Assembly (NCBI RefSeq): GCF_000007145.1
Contig: NC_003902.1
Location: forward strand, 3,596,497 to 3,628,496
Length of the DNA stretch: 32,000 bases
Reading direction: 5' to 3'
From: Xanthomonas campestris pv. campestris str. ATCC 33913
Lineage (GTDB): Bacteria; Pseudomonadota; Gammaproteobacteria; Xanthomonadales; Xanthomonadaceae
The position numbers were made by a program, and so were the translations under genes. Under the pieces are notes generated by a model. It worked only from the letters and a program-made list of their open reading frames with translations. It did not search any database and was not told the origin of the DNA. Positions 15,943 through 25,726 of the stretch are shown piece by piece (positions within the stretch are counted from its first letter, which is position 1; each line of letters starts with the position of its first letter).

Positions 15943-17741
15943 GCAACGCGACCGATCAGCACTACATCACCACGCGCATCATCGATGCCTGCCTGCGCGA
16001 AGATCTGCGCGGCATCGCCAGCCGCGGCAGCGCGGCAATGCCCGACGCCGCGCTGCTGGCGCACTGGGCCGCGCCGCAGCCGCCCACCCAGTGGTGGCGC
16101 ATCACACACCTGCCCGATGGCATCGTGTGGCTGCCGATTCACCACGGCGGTTACCTGCAGCGGATCAGCGCGTGCAGCGATCGCTGGCTGGTGCAGCGCG
16201 GCACGGTGGTGCAGCTGGAACACGGCGCAGCCGCCTGGCTGCAACGCCTCAGCCAGGGGCTGGATCCGGACACGCAACAGTTGCACCGCGCCTACGCCGA
16301 TGAAGCCGCGTGCGCCGCCGCACATCGCGGCCTGGCACGCGACGCGTATGCCGCCCAGGCACCGCACCTGGCGCAGGCCCTGCGCGCAGCGGATGCGGCC
16401 GAGCGCGCGTACCGCTGCGACCAGCTGGCCAGCTACCGCGACCATCCGTTCTATCCCACCGCACGCGCCAAGGCCGGCTTGGCGCCCGCCGAACTGCGCG
16501 CCTATGCACCGGAATTCGCACCAACGTTTGCACTGCAGTGGCTGGCCATTCCGCAGGCGCAGGTGAGTTGCACCAGCACGCCGCCTGCGGAGCTATGGCC
16601 GGACCTTGCGCGCGTGGGGTTGCCGGCCGAACTCGCGCAGACACACCAGCTCTGGCCAGTGCATCCGCTGGTGTGGGCGCGGCTGGAACAGGACGGGTTT
16701 GCACTTCCTGCCGGTAGCGTGCGTGCACCGCTGACGTACCTGCCGGTGCGCCCGACGCTGTCGGTGCGCACGCTGGTGCCGCTGCAGCATCCGCACCTGC
16801 ATCTCAAACTGCCGATCCCGATGCGCACGCTCGGCGCATTGAACCTGCGCCTGATCAAGCCTTCCACGTTGTACGACGGCCATTGGCTGGAGCAGGCGCT
16901 GCGTCGCATCGATGCGCACGATGCCGCGCTGCGCGGGCGCTGCGTGTTCGTTGACGAATCCCACGGTGGGCACGTCGGGCAGACCCGGCATCTGGCCTAC
17001 CTGCTGCGGCGCTACCCACCGCTGGACACCGCCACCCTGGTGCCCGTGGCTGCGCTGTGCGCCCTGATGCCCGATGGCCGGCCGATGGCGATCCATCTGG
17101 CCGAGACCTTCAGCGGTGGCGACCTGCTGGCCTGGTGGCGCGACTACACCGAACTGCTGCTTGCCGTGCATCTGCGGCTATGGCTGCGCTATGGCATCGC
17201 GCTGGAAGCCAACCAGCAAAACAGCGTGCTGGTGTATGCACCCGGCCAGCCCACGCGCCTGCTGATGAAGGACAACGACGCCGCACGCATCGCGCTGCCG
17301 CAGCTGCGCGCGCAGCTGCCCGAGATCGACACGCTCGGCCCGCTGCACGATGCACGCATTGCGGTGGACGATGCGCAGGCACTGGCGCAGATGTTCTGCA
17401 CGATCGTGTTGCAGCTGGATCTGCAGGCCGTGCTCGAGGGCCTGGCCGAATGGCAACCCGCGTTGCGGGCACCGCTGTATGCGCAGCTGCAGGCGCAACT
17501 GGCGCAGACGCTGGCGCAGCTGGACGCCGAGCGCATCGACACCGCACCGGCGCCGCGCTTGCTCGCCGCACCGCAGCTCCCGGTGAAGTACCTGCTCAGC
17601 GCCGGCAGCCTGCTGAGCAAACAGCACACCGGAGCACGCGATATCAACAAGTTCTACGGCGACAGCGCACCCAACCCGTTTGGCGCGGCCTTTGCCGATG
17701 CCGAGGACGCGGCACTGCGCCGGCAGGTGGCGCAGCGATGA
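15939..17741 (+). CDS. xssB: IucA/IucC-family NIS siderophore synthetase (PvsB/XssB-like)
   Basis: In-frame ATG 15939 within ORF 15609..17741 overlaps the xssA stop (ATGA). IucA/IucC-type blocks are HPFYPTARAK, LSVRTLVP, EANQQNSVLV and LMKDNDAARI. Confidence 0.85.
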   Translation: MSNATDQHYITTRIIDACLREDLRGIASRGSAAMPDAALLAHWAAPQPPTQWWRITHLPDGIVWLPIHHGGYLQRISACSDRWLVQRGTVVQLEHGAAAWLQRLSQGLDPDTQQLHRAYADEAACAAAHRGLARDAYAAQAPHLAQALRAADAAERAYRCDQLASYRDHPFYPTARAKAGLAPAELRAYAPEFAPTFALQWLAIPQAQVSCTSTPPAELWPDLARVGLPAELAQTHQLWPVHPLVWARLEQDGFALPAGSVRAPLTYLPVRPTLSVRTLVPLQHPHLHLKLPIPMRTLGALNLRLIKPSTLYDGHWLEQALRRIDAHDAALRGRCVFVDESHGGHVGQTRHLAYLLRRYPPLDTATLVPVAALCALMPDGRPMAIHLAETFSGGDLLAWWRDYTELLLAVHLRLWLRYGIALEANQQNSVLVYAPGQPTRLLMKDNDAARIALPQLRAQLPEIDTLGPLHDARIAVDDAQALAQMFCTIVLQLDLQAVLEGLAEWQPALRAPLYAQLQAQLAQTLAQLDAERIDTAPAPRLLAAPQLPVKYLLSAGSLLSKQHTGARDINKFYGDSAPNPFGAAFADAEDAALRRQVAQR

Positions 17742-18916
17742 AGCGCATCCTCGGCCCGGTGCTGGCTGCGCATTACCTGGCCGCCTTCACCGCACTGGGC
17801 ATGCCGCTGTTTCTGCCGCAGGTGCTGGCCGAACTGGCACCGTCGGCGGCAATCGGTTGGAGCGGCGTGCTGTATGTGCTGCCAACCCTGTGCACTGCGC
17901 TCACCGCGAGCACCTGGGGGCGGCTGGCCGATCGCTATGGACGCAAGCGCTCGCTGCTGCGTGCCCAACTCGGGCTGGCGCTGGGCTTTGCAATCGCCGG
18001 CTTCGCACCCACCCTGCCCTGGCTGGTGGTCGGGCTGATCGTGCAGGGCACCTGCGGCGGCTCATTGGCGGCGGCCAACGCGTACCTGGCCAGCCAGCCG
18101 CAGGCCGGGCCATTGGCGCGTGCACTGGACTGGACCCAGTACTCGGCGCGGTTGGCGATGGTCAGTGCACCGGCCTTGCTCGGGCTTGCGGTGGCGCTGG
18201 GGCCGGCGCAAGCCTTGTACCGCGCGTTGGCGCTACTCCCGCTGGTGGCCTTCGCGCTGACCTGGCGCTTGCCGGGCGACCAACCGGCTCCGCCCGCCCA
18301 CAGCCCGCGCACCGCATCGCCACGCGCCACCCAGGCACTGCCCTCAGTGGCCAACGCGGCGTGGCCGGCATTGATGGTGGCGCAGTTCCTGTTCTGCTTC
18401 GCGATGGTGGTGACGTTTCCGTATTTCATTCCGTATGCGCTGGCGCGCGGCGCCGGGCACGACGCGTTGGCCGGGCTGCTCTACAGCCTGCCGCATCTGG
18501 TTTATCTGGTGGTGCTGCCGTGGTGGCGGCGCGGCGATGGCGCGGCCTGGCTGGTGCCGGGCTTGCTGCTGTTTGCACTGGCCTGCGCATGGCAGGCGTT
18601 TCTCGACGACACCGTGGCATTGGCGGGTGCGCGCCTGCTGTTCGGGCTGGGCATGTTGTTCGGCCTGCGTGGGCTCAACCGCAGCCTGGCTGCCGTGGCC
18701 ACTGGCCAGGGCGCCGGGCGTCTGTTCGGCCGCTTCGATGCCTGCGGCAAATGGGCCGGCGTGCTGGCCGGCGTCGCCGCCGGTGCGCTGACCCAGCGCT
18801 GGGGCCCGACCACACCGTTCCTGGCCGCCGCCCTGGCGGCCGCCGCTGCTGCGCTCACCGTCCTGGTGCGCTTTCCCTCGAGGAGAATTGCCGATGTCGC
18901 CGCACACGATGCCTGA
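17738..18916 (+). CDS. xssC: MFS transporter, probable siderophore exporter (PvsC/XssC-like)
   Basis: In-frame ATG 17738 within ORF 17057..18916 (ATGA overlap with the xssB stop). The product MKRILGPVLAAHYLAAFTALGMPLF... is hydrophobic throughout and carries the MFS loop motif GRLADRYGRKRSL. Confidence 0.8.
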   Translation: MKRILGPVLAAHYLAAFTALGMPLFLPQVLAELAPSAAIGWSGVLYVLPTLCTALTASTWGRLADRYGRKRSLLRAQLGLALGFAIAGFAPTLPWLVVGLIVQGTCGGSLAAANAYLASQPQAGPLARALDWTQYSARLAMVSAPALLGLAVALGPAQALYRALALLPLVAFALTWRLPGDQPAPPAHSPRTASPRATQALPSVANAAWPALMVAQFLFCFAMVVTFPYFIPYALARGAGHDALAGLLYSLPHLVYLVVLPWWRRGDGAAWLVPGLLLFALACAWQAFLDDTVALAGARLLFGLGMLFGLRGLNRSLAAVATGQGAGRLFGRFDACGKWAGVLAGVAAGALTQRWGPTTPFLAAALAAAAAALTVLVRFPSRRIADVAAHDA

Positions 18917-20663
18917 CCCCTGGTTCGACAGCATGGCCGATGCACAGGCCTGCGCCTGCTGGTTGAATTGCTACCTGCGCGAGTTCGCCATCCCGCGTGG
19001 TACTGCCGACTTCGACTACACCGGCCCGGATCGCCCCGGCGCACGCACCGCCGACGACCGCTGGCTGCGGATCGCATTGGGGGACGCGGGCGTGCTGTGC
19101 GTGCGCATTGCCCATGCTGACCGGCTGGGGCGCTGCCGGTTCGTGTCCACGCCGTTCCTCAAGGCCGCCGGGCAGCCCTGGCAAAGCCTGGACGGGCATG
19201 CATTGGCGCGCAGTCTGCTACAGGCGCTGGGCAGCACGCATGCGGTCAACCCGGAACTGTTGGCGCAAAGCGACAACAGCGTGGCGATCACCGCCGCGTT
19301 ACTGCGCCAGGCACAGGCCGCCACGCCCACCGGCGATACGTTGATCGATGCCGAACAGGCCTTGCTGTGGGGCCACGCACTGCACCCCACGCCCAAAAGC
19401 CGCGAAGGTGTGGCGCTGGCGCAGGTCCTGGCCTGCGCACCGGAAGCACGTGCGGCGTTTGCGTTGTACTGGTTCCGCATCGACCGGCGCCTGCTGCGCG
19501 TGCAGGGCCGCGATGTGCGTGCCACCTTGCAACAGCTCAGCGGCCACGACGATTTCTACCCCTGCCACCCGTGGGAAGTGCAACGCCTGCGCGATGATCC
19601 ACTGCTGCAGGAATTGCAGGCACGCGGCGCGATCACACCCGTGGGCGTGTTGGGCGAGCCACTGCGGCCCACCTCGTCGGTGCGCACGCTGTACCACCCG
19701 GCGCTGGCGTATTTCCTCAAGTGTTCGGTACATGTGCGCTTGACCAACTGCGTGCGCAAGAACGCCTGGTATGAGCTGGAAAGCGCGGTGGCGCTGACCC
19801 ACCTGCTGGCACCGAGCTGGCAGGCACTGGCCGCGCAGGTGCCCGGCTTCGACGTGATGCTGGAGCCGGCCGCCACCTCGCTGGATGTCACCCAGTTCGA
19901 CCCGGCATTGGCCGCAGCAGATCCGCTGGCTACGCGTGCGTTGGCCGAGAGCTTCGGCATCCTGTATCGGCAGGCGCCCACCGCTGCACAACGTGCACGC
20001 TGGCGCCCGCAAGTAGCGGCCGCACTGTTCACCTGCGATGCGCAGGGCCACAGCGTGGCCGCCGCTGCGCTGCGTGCGCACAGCGTCCGCCGCCTGGACC
20101 GGCGCACCGCCACCGTGCTGTGGTTTCGCGCATATGCCGGGCTGCTGCTGGATGGTGTGTGGAGTGCGCTATTCCAGCACGGCATTGCGCTGGAACCGCA
20201 TCTGCAGAACACCGTGATCGGCTTCAGCGATGGCTGGCCCACGCGCGTGTGGATCCGCGATCTGGAAGGCACCAAGCTGCTCGCGCAACGCTGGCCGGCT
20301 GCCCGCCTGCATGGCGTGGGCGAGCGCGCACGGCAGTCGCTGTACTACACACCCGAGCAGGCCTGGAACCGCGTGGCCTACTGCGCGCTGGTCAATAATC
20401 TGGCCGAAGCGATCTTCCACCTGAGCGATGGCGATGCGGTCCTGGAAGCACGCCTGTGGCAGTGCGTGGCCGAGATTGCCGCACGCTGGCAGCAGCGCAA
20501 TGGCGCGCAGCCGGCGCTGCAAGGCCTGATCGACGGCGCACCGCTGCCCGGCAAGAACAACCTGGGCACGCGGCTGTTGCAACGTGCAGATCGTCAATCG
20601 GACTACACCGCCCTGCCCAACCCCATCGCGCCAATGCATGCCGTGCAGCAGGTGGCCGCATGA
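18894..20663 (+). CDS. xssD: IucA/IucC-family NIS siderophore synthetase (PvsD/XssD-like)
   Basis: ORF 18888..20663. ATG 18894 is preferred because AGGAG (18881-18885) lies 8 nt upstream. It overlaps the xssC 3' end by 23 nt. Blocks: HALHPTPKSREG, TSSVRTLYHP, EPHLQNTVI, IRDLEGTKL. Confidence 0.85.
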   Translation: MSPHTMPDPWFDSMADAQACACWLNCYLREFAIPRGTADFDYTGPDRPGARTADDRWLRIALGDAGVLCVRIAHADRLGRCRFVSTPFLKAAGQPWQSLDGHALARSLLQALGSTHAVNPELLAQSDNSVAITAALLRQAQAATPTGDTLIDAEQALLWGHALHPTPKSREGVALAQVLACAPEARAAFALYWFRIDRRLLRVQGRDVRATLQQLSGHDDFYPCHPWEVQRLRDDPLLQELQARGAITPVGVLGEPLRPTSSVRTLYHPALAYFLKCSVHVRLTNCVRKNAWYELESAVALTHLLAPSWQALAAQVPGFDVMLEPAATSLDVTQFDPALAAADPLATRALAESFGILYRQAPTAAQRARWRPQVAAALFTCDAQGHSVAAAALRAHSVRRLDRRTATVLWFRAYAGLLLDGVWSALFQHGIALEPHLQNTVIGFSDGWPTRVWIRDLEGTKLLAQRWPAARLHGVGERARQSLYYTPEQAWNRVAYCALVNNLAEAIFHLSDGDAVLEARLWQCVAEIAARWQQRNGAQPALQGLIDGAPLPGKNNLGTRLLQRADRQSDYTALPNPIAPMHAVQQVAA

Positions 20664-21943
20664 GTCTGCAGATCGATGCCACGGCGGTGCGCGCAGCGGT
20701 GGCGCAGTTACGTGCGCACAGCGACGCCCCGCTATGTGCGTACGTCTACGACCTGGCCGCACTGGATGCGCACGCAGCATGGATGCGTGCGCAGCTGCCG
20801 CCCGGCTGCACGCTGTTCTACGCCGCCAAGGCCAATGCCGAACCGCAGATCCTGCAGACGCTGGCGCCGTACGTGGATGGGTTCGAAGCCGCATCCGGTG
20901 GCGAGCTCGCCTGGCTGCACCAGCAGCAACCGGATGCGGCGTTGCTGTTTGGTGGGCCGGGCAAACTGGAGAGCGAACTGGCGCAGGCCGTGCGCCTGCC
21001 CGACTGCACCGTGCATGTGGAAAGCCTGGGCGAATTGCAGCGGCTGGCGGCCATTGCGCGACAGATCGCCCAGCCCGACCGCCGGCGCATCCCGGTGTTC
21101 CTGCGCATGAACATCGCCGTGCCCGGTGCACAGACCACGCGTTTGATGATGGGCGGCCAACCATCGCCATTCGGGCTGGACCCGGACGACCTGGATGCTG
21201 CGCTGCTGCAGCTACGCGCCAGCCCGGCACTGGAGTTGCGCGGCTTCCATTTCCACCTGATGTCGCACCAACGCGACGCCGCCGCGCAGCTGCACCTGAT
21301 CGCGGCGTATCTGCGCACCGTGCAGCACTGGCGGCAGCGCCATGGCCTGGGCCCGCTGCTGGTCAATGCCGGCGGCGGCTTCGGCGTGGACTATCTGACG
21401 CCAGAGGCCTCGTTCGACTGGGCAGGCTTCTGCGCCGGGCTGCCCGCGGTGCTGCACGCGCACGGCGACGGCCTGCAACTGCGCCTGGAACCGGGCCGCT
21501 ATGTCAGCGCCAGCTGCGGCTGGTACCTGATGGAGGTGCTGGACATCAAGCGCAGCCACGGCGCGTGGTTTGCGATTGCCCGTGGCGGCACCCATCACTT
21601 CCGCACGCCGGCCGCGCAAGGCCACGACCATCCCTGCGTGGTGGTACGCGGCACACATGCACCGGTGCTGCGCGACACCCCGGTCACCCTGGTCGGCCAG
21701 CTCTGCACGCCCAAGGATGTACTGGCCCGCAATCAGCGCGTTGCAGCGCTCGCTCCCGGCGACTGCCTGGCCTTCCCGCTGGCGGGTGCGTATGCGTGGA
21801 ATATTTCGCATCAGCAGTTCCTGATGCACCCGCCACCGCAGATGGTGTTTTTGCCGGTACACGCTCAGGCAACCGCCACCACCGGCACGCGGATGTCGGC
21901 GCGCAGGTCGGCTTCGGCCACGGTCTCGGGGTCGTCGAGGTAG
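20660..21943 (+). CDS. xssE: PLP-dependent fold-type III decarboxylase (Orn/DAP/Arg decarboxylase family; PvsE/XssE-like)
   Basis: In-frame ATG 20660 within ORF 20456..21943 (ATGA overlap with the xssD stop). Blocks: FYAAKANAEPQIL (PLP lysine), GFEAASGGEL, NAGGGFGVDY, LEPGRYV. The last ~30 codons (PVHAQATATTGTRMSARRSASATVSGSSR) look non-conserved and lie antisense to the next gene. Confidence 0.85.
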   Translation: MSLQIDATAVRAAVAQLRAHSDAPLCAYVYDLAALDAHAAWMRAQLPPGCTLFYAAKANAEPQILQTLAPYVDGFEAASGGELAWLHQQQPDAALLFGGPGKLESELAQAVRLPDCTVHVESLGELQRLAAIARQIAQPDRRRIPVFLRMNIAVPGAQTTRLMMGGQPSPFGLDPDDLDAALLQLRASPALELRGFHFHLMSHQRDAAAQLHLIAAYLRTVQHWRQRHGLGPLLVNAGGGFGVDYLTPEASFDWAGFCAGLPAVLHAHGDGLQLRLEPGRYVSASCGWYLMEVLDIKRSHGAWFAIARGGTHHFRTPAAQGHDHPCVVVRGTHAPVLRDTPVTLVGQLCTPKDVLARNQRVAALAPGDCLAFPLAGAYAWNISHQQFLMHPPPQMVFLPVHAQATATTGTRMSARRSASATVSGSSR

Positions 21944-22752
21944 AGGTAGTGCAGGGGTGCGTCGCGCAGTGCGTGACCGCTGCCGGGCAGCCAGTCGGCG
22001 AGCAGGCGGTCGAGCGCGTCTTCCAGCCCGGCATAGCTGCCGGTGTGGCGCAGCACGGCATGTGCGCCCTCGCCGAGCACACGCACGTGCAGCGGCGCCG
22101 GCGGCGCAACAGCGGTGGCGAAGGCGATGCCGCACTCGAACAGATGCTGCTGCGCTGGCACGTCGCGGTGGTCGCTGAGTGGCACGCCGATCAGTGCGTG
22201 CAGGTGCTCGATCACGCCTGCACGCTCGGCCCAGGCGGCGATGCGGCCAAAGCCACGATCCAGGTCATCGAAGGCGCCGCGCTGGCGCAGCACCACCACT
22301 TCCAGCGGCTCCAGCCATTGCACGGTGACCTGCAGCGGCGCGGGCGCAGCGTGCGGTGCCAGCGCGGGCGTGGCGAGCTGCTGCAGGGTCTGGGCGCGTA
22401 TCGCCGGCGCCTGCCGCAGGCTGCTCGGGCTCACCTGCAGCAGCGCGCGGAACGCACGCGCCAGCGCCTGCGGGGTCTGGTAGCCCACTGCCAGCGCTAC
22501 GTCGGTAATGCTGCGGCCTGGCTCGCCGAGCAGATGCACGGCCTGGCTCAGGCGCAGGCGGGCGGTGGTCTGGCCCAGCGTTTCCCCGGCCAGCGCGCGG
22601 TAGACCCGGTGGAAGTGATGCGGCGATTGATGCGCCACCGCGGCCAGCGCGGCCAGATCCGGCAGCGGGCTGCCTGCGCGGATGCTGTCCTGCAAATGGG
22701 CCACGACACGTTCGACGTTGCGGTGGCGGTGCGCGGTGGCTGCGTCATGCAT
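21865..22752 (-). CDS. AraC-family transcriptional regulator with C-terminal GyrI-like small-molecule-binding domain
   Basis: ORF 21865..22845. The start is placed at ATG 22752 (MHDAATAHRHRNVERVVAHLQ...). The N-terminal double HTH includes SPHHFHRVYRALAGETLGQ and ITDVALAVGYQTPQALARAFR. The C-terminal half (VTVQWLEPLEVVVLRQRG...HAVLRHTGSY...LYLDDPE) is GyrI/SbmC-like. Confidence 0.85.
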   Translation of the reverse strand: MHDAATAHRHRNVERVVAHLQDSIRAGSPLPDLAALAAVAHQSPHHFHRVYRALAGETLGQTTARLRLSQAVHLLGEPGRSITDVALAVGYQTPQALARAFRALLQVSPSSLRQAPAIRAQTLQQLATPALAPHAAPAPLQVTVQWLEPLEVVVLRQRGAFDDLDRGFGRIAAWAERAGVIEHLHALIGVPLSDHRDVPAQQHLFECGIAFATAVAPPAPLHVRVLGEGAHAVLRHTGSYAGLEDALDRLLADWLPGSGHALRDAPLHYLYLDDPETVAEADLRADIRVPVVAVA

Positions 22753-22864
22753 GGGTGGGTCCTCGTCTGTGCACCCAGCATCGCCGAACACGCGGGCGTG
22801 TGCGGTCCCGATCTTGCGCAGCATGCCAACGGGCAGCGTGCTCAACCACGCCGCATGGCACCGC

Positions 22865-23599
22865 CTAGCCGGCGTACAACGCCAGGCCTGCCAGCACGGC
22901 GGTCTCGCTGAGTTCGATCAGTGCGCCACAGGTGTCGCCGGTCATGCCGCCGAGCCGTTGCAGGCAGGCGCGCCGCCACAACGCAAACACCAGCGCAGCG
23001 ATCCCGCAGGCCAGCGCCGCACGTGCAGGGCCCGCCACACAGGCAACCCCCACTGCAGCGGCCACGGCCAGCACGCAGACGGTGCGGCTGGCGCCCGCCA
23101 GCGCGCTTCCCAGGCCGCCGGCGCGCACGTACGGCGTGCTCGCAAATGCCGCCACCACCGCGGCGCGCGCCAACAGCGGCGCCAGCCACAGCGCCGCTGG
23201 CGCAGCCGGCAACAACGTCGTCAGCGCGGCGCACTTGAGCAACAGCATCAGCACCACCGCAGTCACCGCCATCGGGCCACTGGTGGGGTCTTTCATAATG
23301 CCAGGGGTGCGTGGCGCGGTCGCCCATGCCACCACCCAGGCATCGGTGCTGTCGGCCAGCCCATCCACGTGCAGCGCGCCGGTCAGCCAGACCCAGCTGC
23401 TCAGCACGATGGCGGCGGCCAGCAGCGGAGCGGCGCCGCGCAGGCACCACGTCAGCGCCAGCAGCAGGACGCCCAGCAGCAGCCCGACCAGCGGGTACCA
23501 CGGCAGCGAACGCGCCTGCGCGCCGGGGCGGGCAAATGCCCAGGCCGGCACCGGAATGCGGGTCAGGAAGCCAACCGCCGCAAGCAGCCCATCGATCAT
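22865..23599 (-). CDS. cobS: Adenosylcobinamide-GDP ribazoletransferase (cobalamin 5'-phosphate synthase)
   Basis: ORF 22865..23599. The product is an integral membrane protein starting [18 protein letters not shown] and carrying the HVDGLADSTDA motif typical of CobS. The start overlaps the cobC stop (ATGA 23596-23599). Confidence 0.9.
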   Translation of the reverse strand: MIDGLLAAVGFLTRIPVPAWAFARPGAQARSLPWYPLVGLLLGVLLLALTWCLRGAAPLLAAAIVLSSWVWLTGALHVDGLADSTDAWVVAWATAPRTPGIMKDPTSGPMAVTAVVLMLLLKCAALTTLLPAAPAALWLAPLLARAAVVAAFASTPYVRAGGLGSALAGASRTVCVLAVAAAVGVACVAGPARAALACGIAALVFALWRRACLQRLGGMTGDTCGALIELSETAVLAGLALYAG

Positions 23600-24165
23600 G
23601 CCTGCGCGGTGGCCACAGTCATCGGCGGCCAGCGCAGCGGATGCAGCGAGGCATGCGGAACTGCCAGCTCGGTCATGTGGCCGAAGCCATCGCCCGCAAC
23701 CAGGCAGCGCAACGCGCGGATCGCACCGCCATGGGTCACCACCAGCACGCGCTGCGCAGGGTAAGTGGCCACGATCGCATCCAGCGCCGCAGCCAGCCGC
23801 GCGCAGAACGCCTCGAACGGCTCGGCCTCCGGTGGCGGATACCGCAGCGGGTCCGACCAGAAGCGCCCCAGCGCCGCGCCTTCATCGCGATCGATCTCGG
23901 CCACCGGTACGCCCTGCCAGCGACCAAAATGGTATTCGCGCAGGCGGGGATCCAGCTGCAGCGGCAGGCCGCGCGCCGTGGCGAATTCAGCGGCAAACAA
24001 GGCGCAGCGCTGCAGCGTGGAGGCCACCACCACATCCCATTCGCCCGCGGCGGTGGCCTCGCGCAGCTGCTGCCAGCCGGTGGCGGTGAGCGGGTCGTCG
24101 AGCTGGCCGCGGTAGCTGCGCTGGCCGGTGTCGCCATGCCGCAGCAAGGTGATCTGCGCGCTCAT
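23596..24165 (-). CDS. cobC: Alpha-ribazole phosphatase (histidine phosphatase family)
   Basis: In-frame ATG 24165 within ORF 23596..24810 (ATGA overlap with the cobT stop). [13 protein letters not shown] carries the RHG catalytic motif, and [11 protein letters not shown] appears later. The upstream part of the ORF is Arg-rich and not protein-like. Confidence 0.85.
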   Translation of the reverse strand: MSAQITLLRHGDTGQRSYRGQLDDPLTATGWQQLREATAAGEWDVVVASTLQRCALFAAEFATARGLPLQLDPRLREYHFGRWQGVPVAEIDRDEGAALGRFWSDPLRYPPPEAEPFEAFCARLAAALDAIVATYPAQRVLVVTHGGAIRALRCLVAGDGFGHMTELAVPHASLHPLRWPPMTVATAQA

Positions 24166-25208
24166 GCGTCGGAAACCCCGGCCTCGGCGAAGGTCGCCAT
24201 GCCGTTGTGCAGGGCGCAGGCGGTGCGCAGCAGCGGGATGGCCACCGCCGCGCCGCTGGCTTCGCCCAGGCGCAGGTCCAGTTGCAGCAGCGGCTCGGCC
24301 TCCAGCGCGCGGAGCAAGGCGGCATGGCCGCGCTCCTGCGAGCGATGGCCGAACAACAGCCATTCGCGCACGCCGGGATTCAGATGCACCGCCACCAGCG
24401 CCGCGGCAGTGCTGATGAAGCCATCCACCAGCACCGGGATGCCGGCCTGCGCGGCCGCGATATAGGCCCCGACCAGCGCGGCGATTTCGAAACCGCCAAG
24501 CCGGCGCAGCCGCTCCAGCGGTGTGGCGGCGTCGGCATGCACGGCCAGCGCGCGGGTGATCACGGTGGCCTTGTGCGCAATGCCTTCGGCATCCAGCCCG
24601 GTGCCGGCGCCGGCCATGGCCTGCGGAAATTGCGAGAGCAGCGCGCAGCTCAGCGCGGCAGCGGCGGTGCTGTTGCCGATGCCCATTTCGCCGCCGACAA
24701 ACAGCTGCGTCCCGCAGGTGCGTGCCTGCGCGATGCTCTCTGCGCCGGCCGCCAGTGCGTCGCGCAATTGCGCTGGCGTCATCGCCGCCTGCTCGCAGAT
24801 ATTGGCGCACGCCGGCGCGATCCAGGCGCGGCGGACCCGCGGCAACTCGCCGGGGTCGTTGACCACGCCCAGGTTCACCACTTCCAGCCGGGCGCCGAGT
24901 TCGCGCGCCAGCACCGCAATGGCCGCACCGCCACGCGCGAAGTTGCGCACCATCTCGCCGGTCACCGCCTGCGGAAACATCGACACGCCTTCGGCGGCCA
25001 CGCCGTGGTCGGCGGCATACACCGCAATCCAGATGCGTTGCACGGTGGGTTGTTCATTGCGTTGCCAGGCGGCAAATTGCACCGCCAGTTGCTCCAGCCG
25101 GCCCAGCGCACCGGGCGGCTTGGTCAATTGTTCCTGTCGCGCCAGCGACGCTGCCTGCACCCGCGCATCCGGCACCGCGCAGGCGCCCTGGATCCACTCG
25201 ATACTCAC
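24162..25208 (-). CDS. cobT: Nicotinate-nucleotide--dimethylbenzimidazole phosphoribosyltransferase
   Basis: ORF 24162..25268. The start is placed at GTG 25208, which overlaps the cobU stop (GTGA) and is preceded by AAGGAGAGG. Motifs: [29 protein letters not shown]. Confidence 0.9.
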   Translation of the reverse strand: MSIEWIQGACAVPDARVQAASLARQEQLTKPPGALGRLEQLAVQFAAWQRNEQPTVQRIWIAVYAADHGVAAEGVSMFPQAVTGEMVRNFARGGAAIAVLARELGARLEVVNLGVVNDPGELPRVRRAWIAPACANICEQAAMTPAQLRDALAAGAESIAQARTCGTQLFVGGEMGIGNSTAAAALSCALLSQFPQAMAGAGTGLDAEGIAHKATVITRALAVHADAATPLERLRRLGGFEIAALVGAYIAAAQAGIPVLVDGFISTAAALVAVHLNPGVREWLLFGHRSQERGHAALLRALEAEPLLQLDLRLGEASGAAVAIPLLRTACALHNGMATFAEAGVSDA

Positions 25209-25726
25209 ACCGCCTCTCCTTTCAACACCATGGGCAGGCCGGCCACCACGAACACGACCCGCTCGCACTGTAGCGCCAATGCCTGGTGCAGCCGGCCGGC
25301 TTCGTCGACAAACCGGCGCGTCAGTTCGCCCAGCGGAACGATGCCCTGCCCCACCTCGTTGCTGACCAGCACAAGTTGCCCGGGCAACTGGCCAAGCGTG
25401 GCCAGCAGCGCCTCGCGCTCACGTGCGAACACCGCGCTGTCCGGGTGGCCCAACAGGTTGCTCAGCCACAGCGTGAGGCAGTCCACCAGCACGCAGCGGC
25501 CCGGTGCGGCCACCGCCTGCAGGCTGGCGGCCAACGCGATGGGTTCTTCCACGCACTGCCAGTGCGCCGGGCGGCTGCCACGGTGATGGGCGATGCGCGC
25601 GGCCATTTCGCCATCGAAGGCCTGCGCGGTGGCCAGATACACCACCTCCAGCCCGGAGGCGGCAGCAATGCGCTCGGCGAACGCGCTCTTGCCCGAGCGC
25701 GCGCCGCCCAGGATCAATTGGCGCAT
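25205..25726 (-). CDS. cobU: Bifunctional adenosylcobinamide kinase / adenosylcobinamide-phosphate guanylyltransferase
   Basis: ORF 25205..25726. It has the P-loop [14 protein letters not shown] and typical CobU/CobP length and layout. The start overlaps the cobQ 3' end by 13 nt. Confidence 0.9.
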   Translation of the reverse strand: MRQLILGGARSGKSAFAERIAAASGLEVVYLATAQAFDGEMAARIAHHRGSRPAHWQCVEEPIALAASLQAVAAPGRCVLVDCLTLWLSNLLGHPDSAVFAREREALLATLGQLPGQLVLVSNEVGQGIVPLGELTRRFVDEAGRLHQALALQCERVVFVVAGLPMVLKGEAV

